Positions 18,157 to 26,503 of a stretch of 64,000 nt of DNA are shown here, piece by piece; positions within the stretch are counted from its first letter, which is position 1, and every line of letters starts with the position of its first letter. A program made the position numbers and the translations under genes. The stretch lies in contig CAZPQJ010000002.1 in the NCBI GenBank assembly GCA_964588955.1, positions 58,078-122,077 on the forward strand, written 5' to 3'. The notes under the pieces are model-generated. The model searched no databases, was not told the DNA's origin, and was given only the letters and a program-made list of their open reading frames with translations. The stretch comes from an uncultured Gammaproteobacteria bacterium (GTDB lineage: Bacteria; Patescibacteriota; Patescibacteriia; UBA9934; CAMTUG01).

Positions 18157-19308
18157 ATGTTCAAGTTCTTCGCAACCATGACCAACGGGAAGCGGGCGCT
18201 GATCGCCGGGAGTCTGTTGACTCTCGGCGCACTCCTCCTCGCCTTCGCCCTTGGCGTGCTCGGGGCGGCCCCGGTGGCCGCCATCTACGCGGTGATCGCC
18301 TTCGCCATCAGCGCCTTCCTGTTCGCAACCATCGGCAACTGGAACGCCGAGTGGGGGGCACGGGCGAGCGCCACGGCCTGCATCTTCGGGGTGGTGTTCT
18401 CCATCGCCGCCTTCGGGATCGTCCTCTTCCACGGGGTCAACGAAGCCCAGCGGGAGGCGGATCTGAAGGTGGTCGACGACGCCACCCGCGCGGAGGTGTC
18501 CGAGAACGACGTCGGGGCGGCGCGCAAGCGTCTCCTCGGCGGCGACAACGCTGAAGTCACCCTCAAGACCGCGACCGACATCGCCCGAGCCGACAAGGCG
18601 CTCGCCCTGGCCACGGAGATCAACAACTCCGAGACCATGGACGAGAACGCCAAGAAGGTCCAGGAAGCCATCGACGCCCGCAACCTCGCCGACGCCGAAG
18701 CCGCGGCCAAGGGGTGGACCGGGATGGTGAAGGACTACTTCGCCACCAAGGGGCGGGAATACCAGCACCTCGGATGGCGAAGCAGCCACGCAGACACCGT
18801 CACCAAGGTGATCTACTGGTTCCCCACCCTCGTCTTCGTGGGTGTCGCCGGTCTGATGACCCTCTACGCCGCGGCCCAGTTCGGCATCAAGGGGGTCATC
18901 AAGGAGCCGCCGGTCGGAGCCCACTGGCTGCACTGGGTGAAGTTCTACACCGACAAGGTGCTCTTCGCCCCGTCCACCAAGGTGGCCTTGGGAGCGTTCG
19001 CGCTCCTGTGGTTCCCTCTCTGGTGGGCGGACATGCTCCTCGAGCCCTACGATCCGACCCCGCCGCACAGCGAGCAGGACGAACGGCACGAGACCTCGGC
19101 CGAGAAGGCGAGGGCGGCGCGGGAGAAGATTGCCGAGCGTCGTCAGACGACGCGTAGCAACAAGGACGCTGGCCAGCGCAAGCAGGCCAACGCCCACGAC
19201 AAGAAGATCGAGGGATCGGTCGAGTCCGCGACCATCCCCGCCGGGCGCTACGCGTTCGGCCGTGACGAGGACGGCAACGCCCACACCCTGGTCGTCGCCG
19301 ACAACTAG
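18157..19308 (+). CDS. GC-rich orphan multi-TM protein
   Basis: AAGGAG SD preceded by a GCAA-tetraloop hairpin; strong GC3 bias. Confidence 0.75.
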   Translation: MFKFFATMTNGKRALIAGSLLTLGALLLAFALGVLGAAPVAAIYAVIAFAISAFLFATIGNWNAEWGARASATACIFGVVFSIAAFGIVLFHGVNEAQREADLKVVDDATRAEVSENDVGAARKRLLGGDNAEVTLKTATDIARADKALALATEINNSETMDENAKKVQEAIDARNLADAEAAAKGWTGMVKDYFATKGREYQHLGWRSSHADTVTKVIYWFPTLVFVGVAGLMTLYAAAQFGIKGVIKEPPVGAHWLHWVKFYTDKVLFAPSTKVALGAFALLWFPLWWADMLLEPYDPTPPHSEQDERHETSAEKARAAREKIAERRQTTRSNKDAGQRKQANAHDKKIEGSVESATIPAGRYAFGRDEDGNAHTLVVADN

Positions 19309-19373
19309 AGGCCCGCGCGGAACTCGCGAGCCTCCCTTCCGGAAGTGTGGTACTCCCACACCTCCGCTCACCA

Positions 19374-19410
19374 AGAAGCCCCCGGCGCAATCTGCACCGG
19401 GGGCTTTTCC
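19374..19410 (+). terminator. intrinsic terminator
   Basis: AAGCCCCCGG...CCGGGGGCTTTT. Confidence 0.65.
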
Positions 19411-19445
19411 ATTTTCTCCTTCTTTCTCTTTTCTCCTATTTTTTC

Positions 19446-20447
19446 TTACTTCATCTCCTTCTTAAACCAATCCACCCAATGAATATCTTTTGGGTCCACG
19501 CCGCCGAGCTCAGCCATTTTGGTAGTGATCAGGGCTCCGCGTTGCACCAGTTCAAATGCTTGTTGCAACGGCGTCTTTCCTGAAATAGTTAGCCGCAACG
19601 TTTTAGCCCCATTTTTCTTTACAACTGTTTCTGTCAGCCCATAGCGTTTTTGTACGCGGGGGTGATACAAATCCGACTCGATAAAAATAAACGTTAGTCC
19701 GTTGACTATCGCTTTGGGAAACGTCAATCCTTCCATCAAATGATGATTCATTTCTGGAATGGCAAATCGCACAGCGAAATGCTTAGCACTCTCGTTGAGT
19801 TGATTGGTAAAGACGTGCGCCGCGCCTTCCAGGTGTTCGCTGGAGATCATCACGCACCCACGTTGAAAAAGTTTTTTGGCAATACTTCCCGCCTCACGCT
19901 TCCAGGCAGACACACCACTTTGCAAATGTTTGGCGACCTCGGCAACTTCTTTGTCGCCTACCCTTACCGCGCCTATTGCCGCCAAAACCGCCAGCGGAGC
20001 CATAGCCATAAATCCTGTTCCGTACCGCGGTTGTGGAGCCAAATCTCCTGGATCAAACACGTAGGCCGGTCCCTTGTCGCGTCGCGCCCACTCGGCGAGC
20101 GGTCCGCCGTGCGTCAACACAAACATCTTCAATCCTTTTGCTTTGGCTTGTTTGTAGGCACCAAGCACTTCTTCCGTAGTTCCAGAAAAGCTGGAGAGGA
20201 TCACGAGCGACGATTTGGTCGCCGAAGCGGGCAAATGATACCCATTCACCACTTCAATCGGCACAGTCAAACGATCCGCTAAGGCCGATTGAATCACATG
20301 TACTCCCAGCGCCGAGCCCCCCATGGCCATCATCACTACACGATCAATCGACCGATAGCTTGCCGGTAACTTCATCCGCTTGGCCTCTCGATAGGCCAAC
20401 ACAAGTTGTTCATCCAATCTGCTCAACGTGTCAAAAAGCGTCTGCAT
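19446..20447 (-). CDS. bifunctional phosphoglucose/phosphomannose isomerase (SIS domain)
   Basis: AMGGSALG, SSFSGTTEE, QPR, NESAK and PEMNHH motifs. Confidence 0.88.
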   Translation of the reverse strand: MQTLFDTLSRLDEQLVLAYREAKRMKLPASYRSIDRVVMMAMGGSALGVHVIQSALADRLTVPIEVVNGYHLPASATKSSLVILSSFSGTTEEVLGAYKQAKAKGLKMFVLTHGGPLAEWARRDKGPAYVFDPGDLAPQPRYGTGFMAMAPLAVLAAIGAVRVGDKEVAEVAKHLQSGVSAWKREAGSIAKKLFQRGCVMISSEHLEGAAHVFTNQLNESAKHFAVRFAIPEMNHHLMEGLTFPKAIVNGLTFIFIESDLYHPRVQKRYGLTETVVKKNGAKTLRLTISGKTPLQQAFELVQRGALITTKMAELGGVDPKDIHWVDWFKKEMK

Positions 20448-21546
20448 AAGGTATTTGATCATTAATCGCTTTGGTCACTTGAGCTCGGTCGGCGTTGCGG
20501 CCAACAAGCGTCGCTCCTACCAGTTTACCACCGCGCAAGAAATGCTGGGCAACACCGCCTTCTTTTTTCGATCCCACCACCCTCACCTCCTCTGCCGCCA
20601 AGCGGTTCGTATCCCCAACAAAAATAACTTCCAACCCGCGGCAGTTGGTGGCGTACGAACTCACCAAACGAAACGGTTCACGTGTTCCGCTCATTACTTT
20701 AGCCGCGTGACGTCCTTGCATTTGCGCGTTCATCCAGTTACCGCTCATTAAGTGCCGCCCGGCAATCACATCAAAGTACTCGGCCACATCTCCGGCCGCG
20801 TAGACATCGACTACGTTTGTTTCTAAATACTCGTTCGTTTTGATTCCTCCGTCGACGTCGATTCCTGCCGCTTTCGTGAATCCAACCTCCGGGGCAATCC
20901 CAATTCCTACCCCCACCAATCCTTCAAACACCTCCGGCTTGGCGTGCTTATGGACCTTAATGTGATCCGCTTGTGCTTTCTCAGCAATCAGATCTGAAGA
21001 GTCCGCGTCGAGTACGGCACTAAAAAAGTGTTCGCCGTGTAAATGCAGGTCGGCTTTGATCTTGCGGTCGGCAAAGATGTTAATGTACTCAAGCGCAATA
21101 AATCCTCCACCGATAATATCAGCGTGTTTAACCCCTTCACCAAGCAACTGTAGCAAGTGATCAGCATCGTCGAGAGTGCGGAAATAGGAGACGTTACGAT
21201 CATGCGCCTCTAGGGTTTTGACTTCCCCGCCGGTAGTAATTAGGAGCTTATCGTATTCGTATTCGCGACCATCAGACGCGGCGACAAACCGATTTTGCGT
21301 ATCAATCGATTCGGCCACCACCCCCGGTAACCAATCAATCTTCTGATCCGCGTACCACTCCGGCTTTTTCAAAAAACAGCGCTCACGTTCAATCTTTCCT
21401 TTTACGTAGTGCGGCAACAACACCCGGGAATACACCCGATGCTGTTCCTCGGAAAGCAATATAATCGACGCCTCGGCATCGATCTTGCGCAATTCTTCCG
21501 CCGCCGTGGTGCCGGCAATACCTCCTCCAATAATCAGGTAACGCAT
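20431..21546 (-). CDS. FAD-dependent pyridine nucleotide oxidoreductase (ferredoxin/rubredoxin reductase-like)
   Basis: IIGGGIAG, IIGGGFIALE and YAAGDVAE motifs. Confidence 0.88.
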   Translation of the reverse strand: MRYLIIGGGIAGTTAAEELRKIDAEASIILLSEEQHRVYSRVLLPHYVKGKIERERCFLKKPEWYADQKIDWLPGVVAESIDTQNRFVAASDGREYEYDKLLITTGGEVKTLEAHDRNVSYFRTLDDADHLLQLLGEGVKHADIIGGGFIALEYINIFADRKIKADLHLHGEHFFSAVLDADSSDLIAEKAQADHIKVHKHAKPEVFEGLVGVGIGIAPEVGFTKAAGIDVDGGIKTNEYLETNVVDVYAAGDVAEYFDVIAGRHLMSGNWMNAQMQGRHAAKVMSGTREPFRLVSSYATNCRGLEVIFVGDTNRLAAEEVRVVGSKKEGGVAQHFLRGGKLVGATLVGRNADRAQVTKAINDQIPYADAF

Positions 21547-21555
21547 AGAATGAAG

Positions 21556-21686
21556 AAAATCGAAATACTAAATCCGAAGTACCAAACACATTCAAAATCT
21601 CAAAGAAAAATTCACAAACTGTTTTTACCTTTTCCGATTAGGATTTTCCGATTGTTTCGGATTTAGTATTTCGTATTTCGTGTTTT
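21556..21686. repeat. heptamer-repeat inverted (MITE-like) element, copy 1
   Basis: AAATCCG/CGGATTT-type repeats forming a fold-back; homologous to 44031-44152 in inverted orientation. Confidence 0.7.
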
Positions 21687-21951
21687 ATAAATCCGGAAAC
21701 AGTTGAACGCCTTTCTCGTCGGTAATAATAATAGCCAACGTTGGGCAAGACTGCGCCGCCATAATGATGTTCTCCTTTTCCTCTTCGCTTACCTCCACCA
21801 CCCGTTCATAGGTACGTTCGGTTGGCTCCGTACCATGATCGAACACAACAGCCTTGTTTTCGTCGTTCAACTGGAACGTTTCTGGAGCGATCGTTACGCA
21901 CGAAGCCGCCCCAATGCACAAGTCTGGATCCACTTTGATTGTCAATTTCAT
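21685..21951 (-). CDS. ferredoxin, probably [3Fe-4S]
   Basis: CIGAASC...CP motif (CxxAxxC). Confidence 0.88.
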   Translation of the reverse strand: MKLTIKVDPDLCIGAASCVTIAPETFQLNDENKAVVFDHGTEPTERTYERVVEVSEEEKENIIMAAQSCPTLAIIITDEKGVQLFPDL

Positions 21952-21963
21952 ACTGGCGTCATT

Positions 21964-22602
21964 TTAGCCGAAATACTTCTCCCGGTAAAACTTAATTAAT
22001 TCCTCCACCGCCGGCAAAACACTCGGGTTACCAATCCCTACTTTTGTTTTATTTTGTACCGCTTCAAGCGTCAGCGCGCCGTCGAGCACCGCTTCTTCAA
22101 TGTCATGATCCGTGACTTTAGCTACGGGGTCAATCACGCGGAACGATTCGTTAACAATGCGATCAAACTTTTCAACGCGGCGATAATAATCATTAATTGC
22201 GTCGCGCAATGCTTTGTCGCAAAGTACGGAACAGTGAAACTTACGCGGCGGCAGTCCGCCCAGGCGTGCCATGATGTCTTGAGGTTTAAGCCCACGCGCC
22301 TCCTCAAGAGTCATTCCCTCCCCTTCCGTGACCATCACCGAGGCAATCGAAGTCGAGGCGATGGCTGAACCGCAACCAAAGGTCTTCCACCAAAACCCTT
22401 TAATGCGCTCCGTGGTCGGATCCACCCGCATCCACACTCTCAGCTCATCTCCGCAGGCTGGTGAACCCACCTTGCCCATGGCATTGAACTCGTCGTCCGT
22501 AGGATCATGGTCAAGAAAATTCTTGGGATGGAAAAAATGCTCCTTAACTACGTCGGAGTAAAACCAATTCTGTTTTTTGTCGTGGGAAACAACGTCAGCC
22601 AT
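21964..22602 (-). CDS. iscU: NifU/IscU Fe-S scaffold with C-terminal BFD-like domain
   Basis: GSPACGD, TFGCGSAIAS and KFHCSVL motifs. Confidence 0.88.
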   Translation of the reverse strand: MADVVSHDKKQNWFYSDVVKEHFFHPKNFLDHDPTDDEFNAMGKVGSPACGDELRVWMRVDPTTERIKGFWWKTFGCGSAIASTSIASVMVTEGEGMTLEEARGLKPQDIMARLGGLPPRKFHCSVLCDKALRDAINDYYRRVEKFDRIVNESFRVIDPVAKVTDHDIEEAVLDGALTLEAVQNKTKVGIGNPSVLPAVEELIKFYREKYFG

Positions 22603-22607
22603 AGCGT

Positions 22608-23807
22608 TCAGGCAAAATACTTTTCGTCCACATGGACCGGACTCATTGAGCGCAGTTTCACGACGAGCGGCGGCAAGACTTCTAGCACGTAGTCGATGTC
22701 ATCCTCGGTCGTCGTGCGACCCAGGGTAAACCGCATACTACCGTGCGCCACCTCGTAGGGCATTCCAAGCGCCAAAATCACGTGACTCGGATCAAGCGAA
22801 GCGCTGGTGCAGGCTGAGCCTGTGGAAGCGTAAACGCCCTTGGCGTCGAGGTAGAGAATCATCGCCTCACCTTCAATGTCCATAATAGAAATGTTCACAT
22901 TGTTCGGCAGGCGCATGGTTGGGTGACCATTCAACCGAGTCTTTGGGATCGTCGACAAAATACCCTTAATCAGTTTATCGCGCAGGGGAATAAGACGCAC
23001 GGACTCAGCTTTAGCTTCGGCCTGAGAGAGTTCGAACGCCTTGGCGAGTCCAACAATTCCGGCCACGTTCTCCGTGCCTGGACGGATGCCTTTTTCTTGA
23101 GCGCCGCCGAAGGTGAGTGGAGTCACCTTGATACCACGCTTCACGTAGAGCGCCCCAATCCCTTTTGGTCCGTAGATTTTGCTGCCATTGAAGGTCATTA
23201 AATCGACGTGGAGTTTTTCTGTGTTCAAATCAAGCGCCCCAGCGGCTTGGCAGGCATCGGTATGGAACAAGGGAAAAGCAGACGCCTGTTGCTGACGAAA
23301 CTTTTGGATGCGGTTGCCGATCTCGGCGACCGGTTGGATGGTGCCAATTTCATTGTTGGCATACATGACGCTCACAAGTACGGTGTCCGGACGTAGTGCC
23401 TGCTCGATCGCTTGCGGGGCAACAATCCCTTGCGCGTCAACAGGAACATAACTCACTTCAAATCCTTCCTTCTTTTCCAAATGATGGATCGCTTCTAAAA
23501 CCGCCTGGTGTTCAATGGTGGTTGTCACAATATGACCTTTGCCAACAGCGCGACAGACCCCGAGAATGGCTAGGTTATCCGACTCCGTACCGCCGGAAGT
23601 GAAAAGAATCTCGTCCGGCCGAGCCGCCATCCCTTGCGCGATCGACGCGCGCGCCGCGTCGATCGCATCTTTAGCCACCTTACCCGCCGAATGAAAACTC
23701 GACGGGTTGCCGTACACTTCTGCCAAAAAAGGCCGCATCGCTTCAAAAACGCGCGGATCTAAGGGGGTTGTGGCAGCGTGATCGAGGTAAACCTCTTGTG
23801 TGGCCAT
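22608..23807 (-). CDS. iscS: cysteine desulfurase
   Basis: YLDHAATTP, FTSGGTESDN, HTDACQ, SKIYGPKG and STGSACTS motifs. Confidence 0.95.
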   Translation of the reverse strand: MATQEVYLDHAATTPLDPRVFEAMRPFLAEVYGNPSSFHSAGKVAKDAIDAARASIAQGMAARPDEILFTSGGTESDNLAILGVCRAVGKGHIVTTTIEHQAVLEAIHHLEKKEGFEVSYVPVDAQGIVAPQAIEQALRPDTVLVSVMYANNEIGTIQPVAEIGNRIQKFRQQQASAFPLFHTDACQAAGALDLNTEKLHVDLMTFNGSKIYGPKGIGALYVKRGIKVTPLTFGGAQEKGIRPGTENVAGIVGLAKAFELSQAEAKAESVRLIPLRDKLIKGILSTIPKTRLNGHPTMRLPNNVNISIMDIEGEAMILYLDAKGVYASTGSACTSASLDPSHVILALGMPYEVAHGSMRFTLGRTTTEDDIDYVLEVLPPLVVKLRSMSPVHVDEKYFA

Positions 23808-23819
23808 AAGGCCTCTATC

Positions 23820-24338
23820 CTAACCCGTAATTCTGACTCCGGCAATATGGGAAATAAAGGCACCGATGCCGTAACCAATCGCCGCCGCGGCAATGGAAAT
23901 CGACATCATCTGTAGTCCGCTCTTCCACAACGACTGCTTAGCCAATTTTCCTTTCCATGCTCCAACCAAAAATAGCGTGATGACAGTCGCGATGATTGAA
24001 GGCGCGTAAGCAAAACGCACCGGTAATAAAAGATAAAAGACAAGCGGCACCATTCCTCCAAGGGCGTACGCCACAAGCATTACAACCGCGCCTCGCAACG
24101 GCCGATCGTTGGTGCGATCCACGTCACGCGCCGCCTCTGAGGACAAGTAGCTTCCCGCCGCCATAGAAACGGACTCCACCGCGATCAATACCAGGCCAGA
24201 CAATACCACCACGTAGGTGCTGTCCGTTCCGGCGGCGATACCGGTAACCGCGCCGAGAGTGGAAACAAGACTATCTTCCAAACCAAAAATAATTTCGCGA
24301 ATGGATCCTGGGGCTGTTAATTCTTTGCGTCGAACCAT
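23820..24338 (-). CDS. VIT1/CCC1 Fe/Mn transporter family protein
   Basis: IIFGLEDSLVST and SMAAGSYLS motifs. Confidence 0.85.
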   Translation of the reverse strand: MVRRKELTAPGSIREIIFGLEDSLVSTLGAVTGIAAGTDSTYVVVLSGLVLIAVESVSMAAGSYLSSEAARDVDRTNDRPLRGAVVMLVAYALGGMVPLVFYLLLPVRFAYAPSIIATVITLFLVGAWKGKLAKQSLWKSGLQMMSISIAAAAIGYGIGAFISHIAGVRITG

Positions 24339-24435
24339 ACGATAAGCACTTTACTCTGATGTGGGTCATCGGAAAAGTATTTTTGTTGTCTCTTAAAAAG
24401 ACGAAGGACAGCCGCGGGGCTGTCCGATGTAGAGA

Positions 24436-25530
24436 TCAGTTGGTCGAAACCGGGGCAGGCCTTCCTGTGAAGCGGACAATCGAGCCGTCATCCTTCAAGA
24501 GGATCGCGGAGCCGAAGACGGGGACGAGCTGATTGTGTTCGATCGATCCGTGCGGTTCGATCCGCACGCTGGCTCGCCAGGTGAGACGATTCTGATCCGA
24601 GACCTCGCGAAGAAGACGTGCCTCGTCCACTCCGACGCAGATCTGCGCGGTGGTGATCCGGAAGACCGGAGGGGAAGCCGCCTCCATCTCGATGACGACG
24701 TCCTTGGGGGCGACAGGCGGAGCGAGAACTTCGTTCCAGAGCGTCTCGTCCTCGAAAAGACGCGTGAAGACGTGCACCTCTTCCTCGCGGGGAGTGAGGA
24801 TGCGTTCCTCGTGCGTTCCGCCGAGATTCTCGCAACGAGGTTCGGGAAACCGGTCTCGTTCCTCCTCGCACTTTTCCCGTTCGTCGAAGGACTTTCCACG
24901 ACACTCGGACTGATATTGATCTCGATCACTGCAGTCCCACGGACCATTTTCGACCGTCTGCGTTCGTCCGTAGCCTTGGTCGCGCTGGAGTGCCAGCTGG
25001 CATGCGAGCGGAGGATTGGTCACCGGGATGCGCATCTGCACAGAAGGAAAACACCCCGTATCGGCCGAGTACAGGGGCAGTTTGACCCCCTGCACCGCGA
25101 AGGTACTCGAACGCGAGAGATCCTGCCCGTCCCTGGCACTCATCATCTGGAGCCAGAGGTTGTGGTAGTCGTGCCGACTGGCCTCGACTGCGCGCTCGCG
25201 GTCGGCGAGATAGGCGGCGCGGCGTGCTTTGTACGCATGGGTGGTCTCGAACTCGCTCTTGGGGTACTCGCCCGTCGTGCCTTCCTTGGCAGTGGCCAAG
25301 TTTTTTTCAGCGATTTCAACCGCCACCTTGGCGGCCTGGACACCCGGATCCGCGAGAACAGAAATCTCGGCCTCCCCGAGCCGGTGCAACACCGCCTCGA
25401 AGTCGTCTTCCGCGTACGGCTGACGACAGGGATCGGCGTCCGTTCCGAGATCCTCCGGAACCACAGGGTGGGCGCAGGCGAGAACGAGCAGACCAATAAG
25501 CCCGGAAAGAAGAACCGTACACTTGGACAT
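24436..25530 (-). CDS. GC-rich orphan lipoprotein
   Basis: lipobox VLAC, GAGGTG SD, PKSEFETT motif; lies just 3' of tRNA-Cys. Confidence 0.7.
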   Translation of the reverse strand: MSKCTVLLSGLIGLLVLACAHPVVPEDLGTDADPCRQPYAEDDFEAVLHRLGEAEISVLADPGVQAAKVAVEIAEKNLATAKEGTTGEYPKSEFETTHAYKARRAAYLADRERAVEASRHDYHNLWLQMMSARDGQDLSRSSTFAVQGVKLPLYSADTGCFPSVQMRIPVTNPPLACQLALQRDQGYGRTQTVENGPWDCSDRDQYQSECRGKSFDEREKCEEERDRFPEPRCENLGGTHEERILTPREEEVHVFTRLFEDETLWNEVLAPPVAPKDVVIEMEAASPPVFRITTAQICVGVDEARLLREVSDQNRLTWRASVRIEPHGSIEHNQLVPVFGSAILLKDDGSIVRFTGRPAPVSTN

Positions 25531-25599
25531 GGGCACCTCGCACCTACATCCGTGTGGAGACACAGAAATAAAAGAGAGGTGACCATTCGCTAAAAGAGC

Positions 25600-25674
<75 letters not shown>

Positions 25675-25685
25675 GTGATGGGCAC

Positions 25686-25728
25686 AATAACAAAACAGCC
25701 GTGATTTTTCAACGGCTGTTTTGTTATT
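25686..25728. terminator. terminator after the 3D-domain gene
   Basis: AATAACAAAACAGCCGT...ACGGCTGTTTTGTTATT inverted repeat. Confidence 0.7.
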
Positions 25729-25732
25729 GTTA

Positions 25733-26266
25733 TTATTCGTAGACTTCTATGGCCAAACGGCGGACACCGAACTGCTTAGCCTGTTCGCGCGTTTCCATCC
25801 ATATGTCCAGACGATTGCTATAGCGAGCATTCATACGATCTTCCACCGTAAAGACTTCGTCGCCGTACAATGAAGGGATTTTCACTTTGGTACCAATCGG
25901 AAGAAAGTTGGCGGCCACGACACCCCGACGCACGGTAGTCCCCGATGCAGTGATAAACGGGGTCGCGTCAGTTTGTGCCGCTTCTGAGGAATAAGCAGTG
26001 GAAACCACGGTAAAAAGGCGCGGCGCGCCTTCGCGATGCCCAGACGCCGGCAAGGAACCAAACTCCCTGTGCGTATTAGCCATCGCCGCGATCATCAAAT
26101 CCGTGGCACGCTGTTCAGCCATCGTTGGGCGCAGAACATCTTCAGCCAAAACACTCCTTCCGCCAAATGCGGCACTTAGTAAAACTACCCCGGTGAGAAC
26201 GGAGATGTTGAACCAATTTTTTTTGAGGAACGGTTTCCAGGACGTTTTCTTTCTAGACTGTTTCAT
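25733..26266 (-). CDS. 3D-domain (MltA-like) cell-wall protein
   Basis: TAYSS..QTD.TPFITASG, VAANFLPIGTKV, VEDRM and DIW motifs. Confidence 0.88.
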   Translation of the reverse strand: MKQSRKKTSWKPFLKKNWFNISVLTGVVLLSAAFGGRSVLAEDVLRPTMAEQRATDLMIAAMANTHREFGSLPASGHREGAPRLFTVVSTAYSSEAAQTDATPFITASGTTVRRGVVAANFLPIGTKVKIPSLYGDEVFTVEDRMNARYSNRLDIWMETREQAKQFGVRRLAIEVYE

Positions 26267-26503
26267 ACGACGCCATGCAATCTCCTCCTGGGACTTGCCT
26301 GACGTCGTCGGAAACGAGTAACAAAGAAACCTCCTAAAAACAAAGATCCCTGCGCTAGGGACGGCAAGATCATACCATCTTTTTAACTCCCTGTCACCCC
26401 GAGGTCGCCATTTTATCTCTTGGCGACTGCTAATATTAGCTAAAAAATCTGGCAAACTGTCCACAACCCCCAAAAAAAGCTACACTACGAGCAGATCAAA
26501 AAT

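Noticed and set aside
17515-19390. Long overlapping or antisense ORFs (597-aa extension, 418-aa minus-strand ORF) in the GC-rich block
   Set aside because: These are shadow frames caused by high GC3. The SD-led ATG at 18157 and codon bias identify the real gene.
26280-26430. c-di-AMP (ydaO) or c-di-GMP riboswitch upstream of the 3D gene
   Set aside because: The consensus motifs were not recognisable, so it is reported only as an unknown structured leader.
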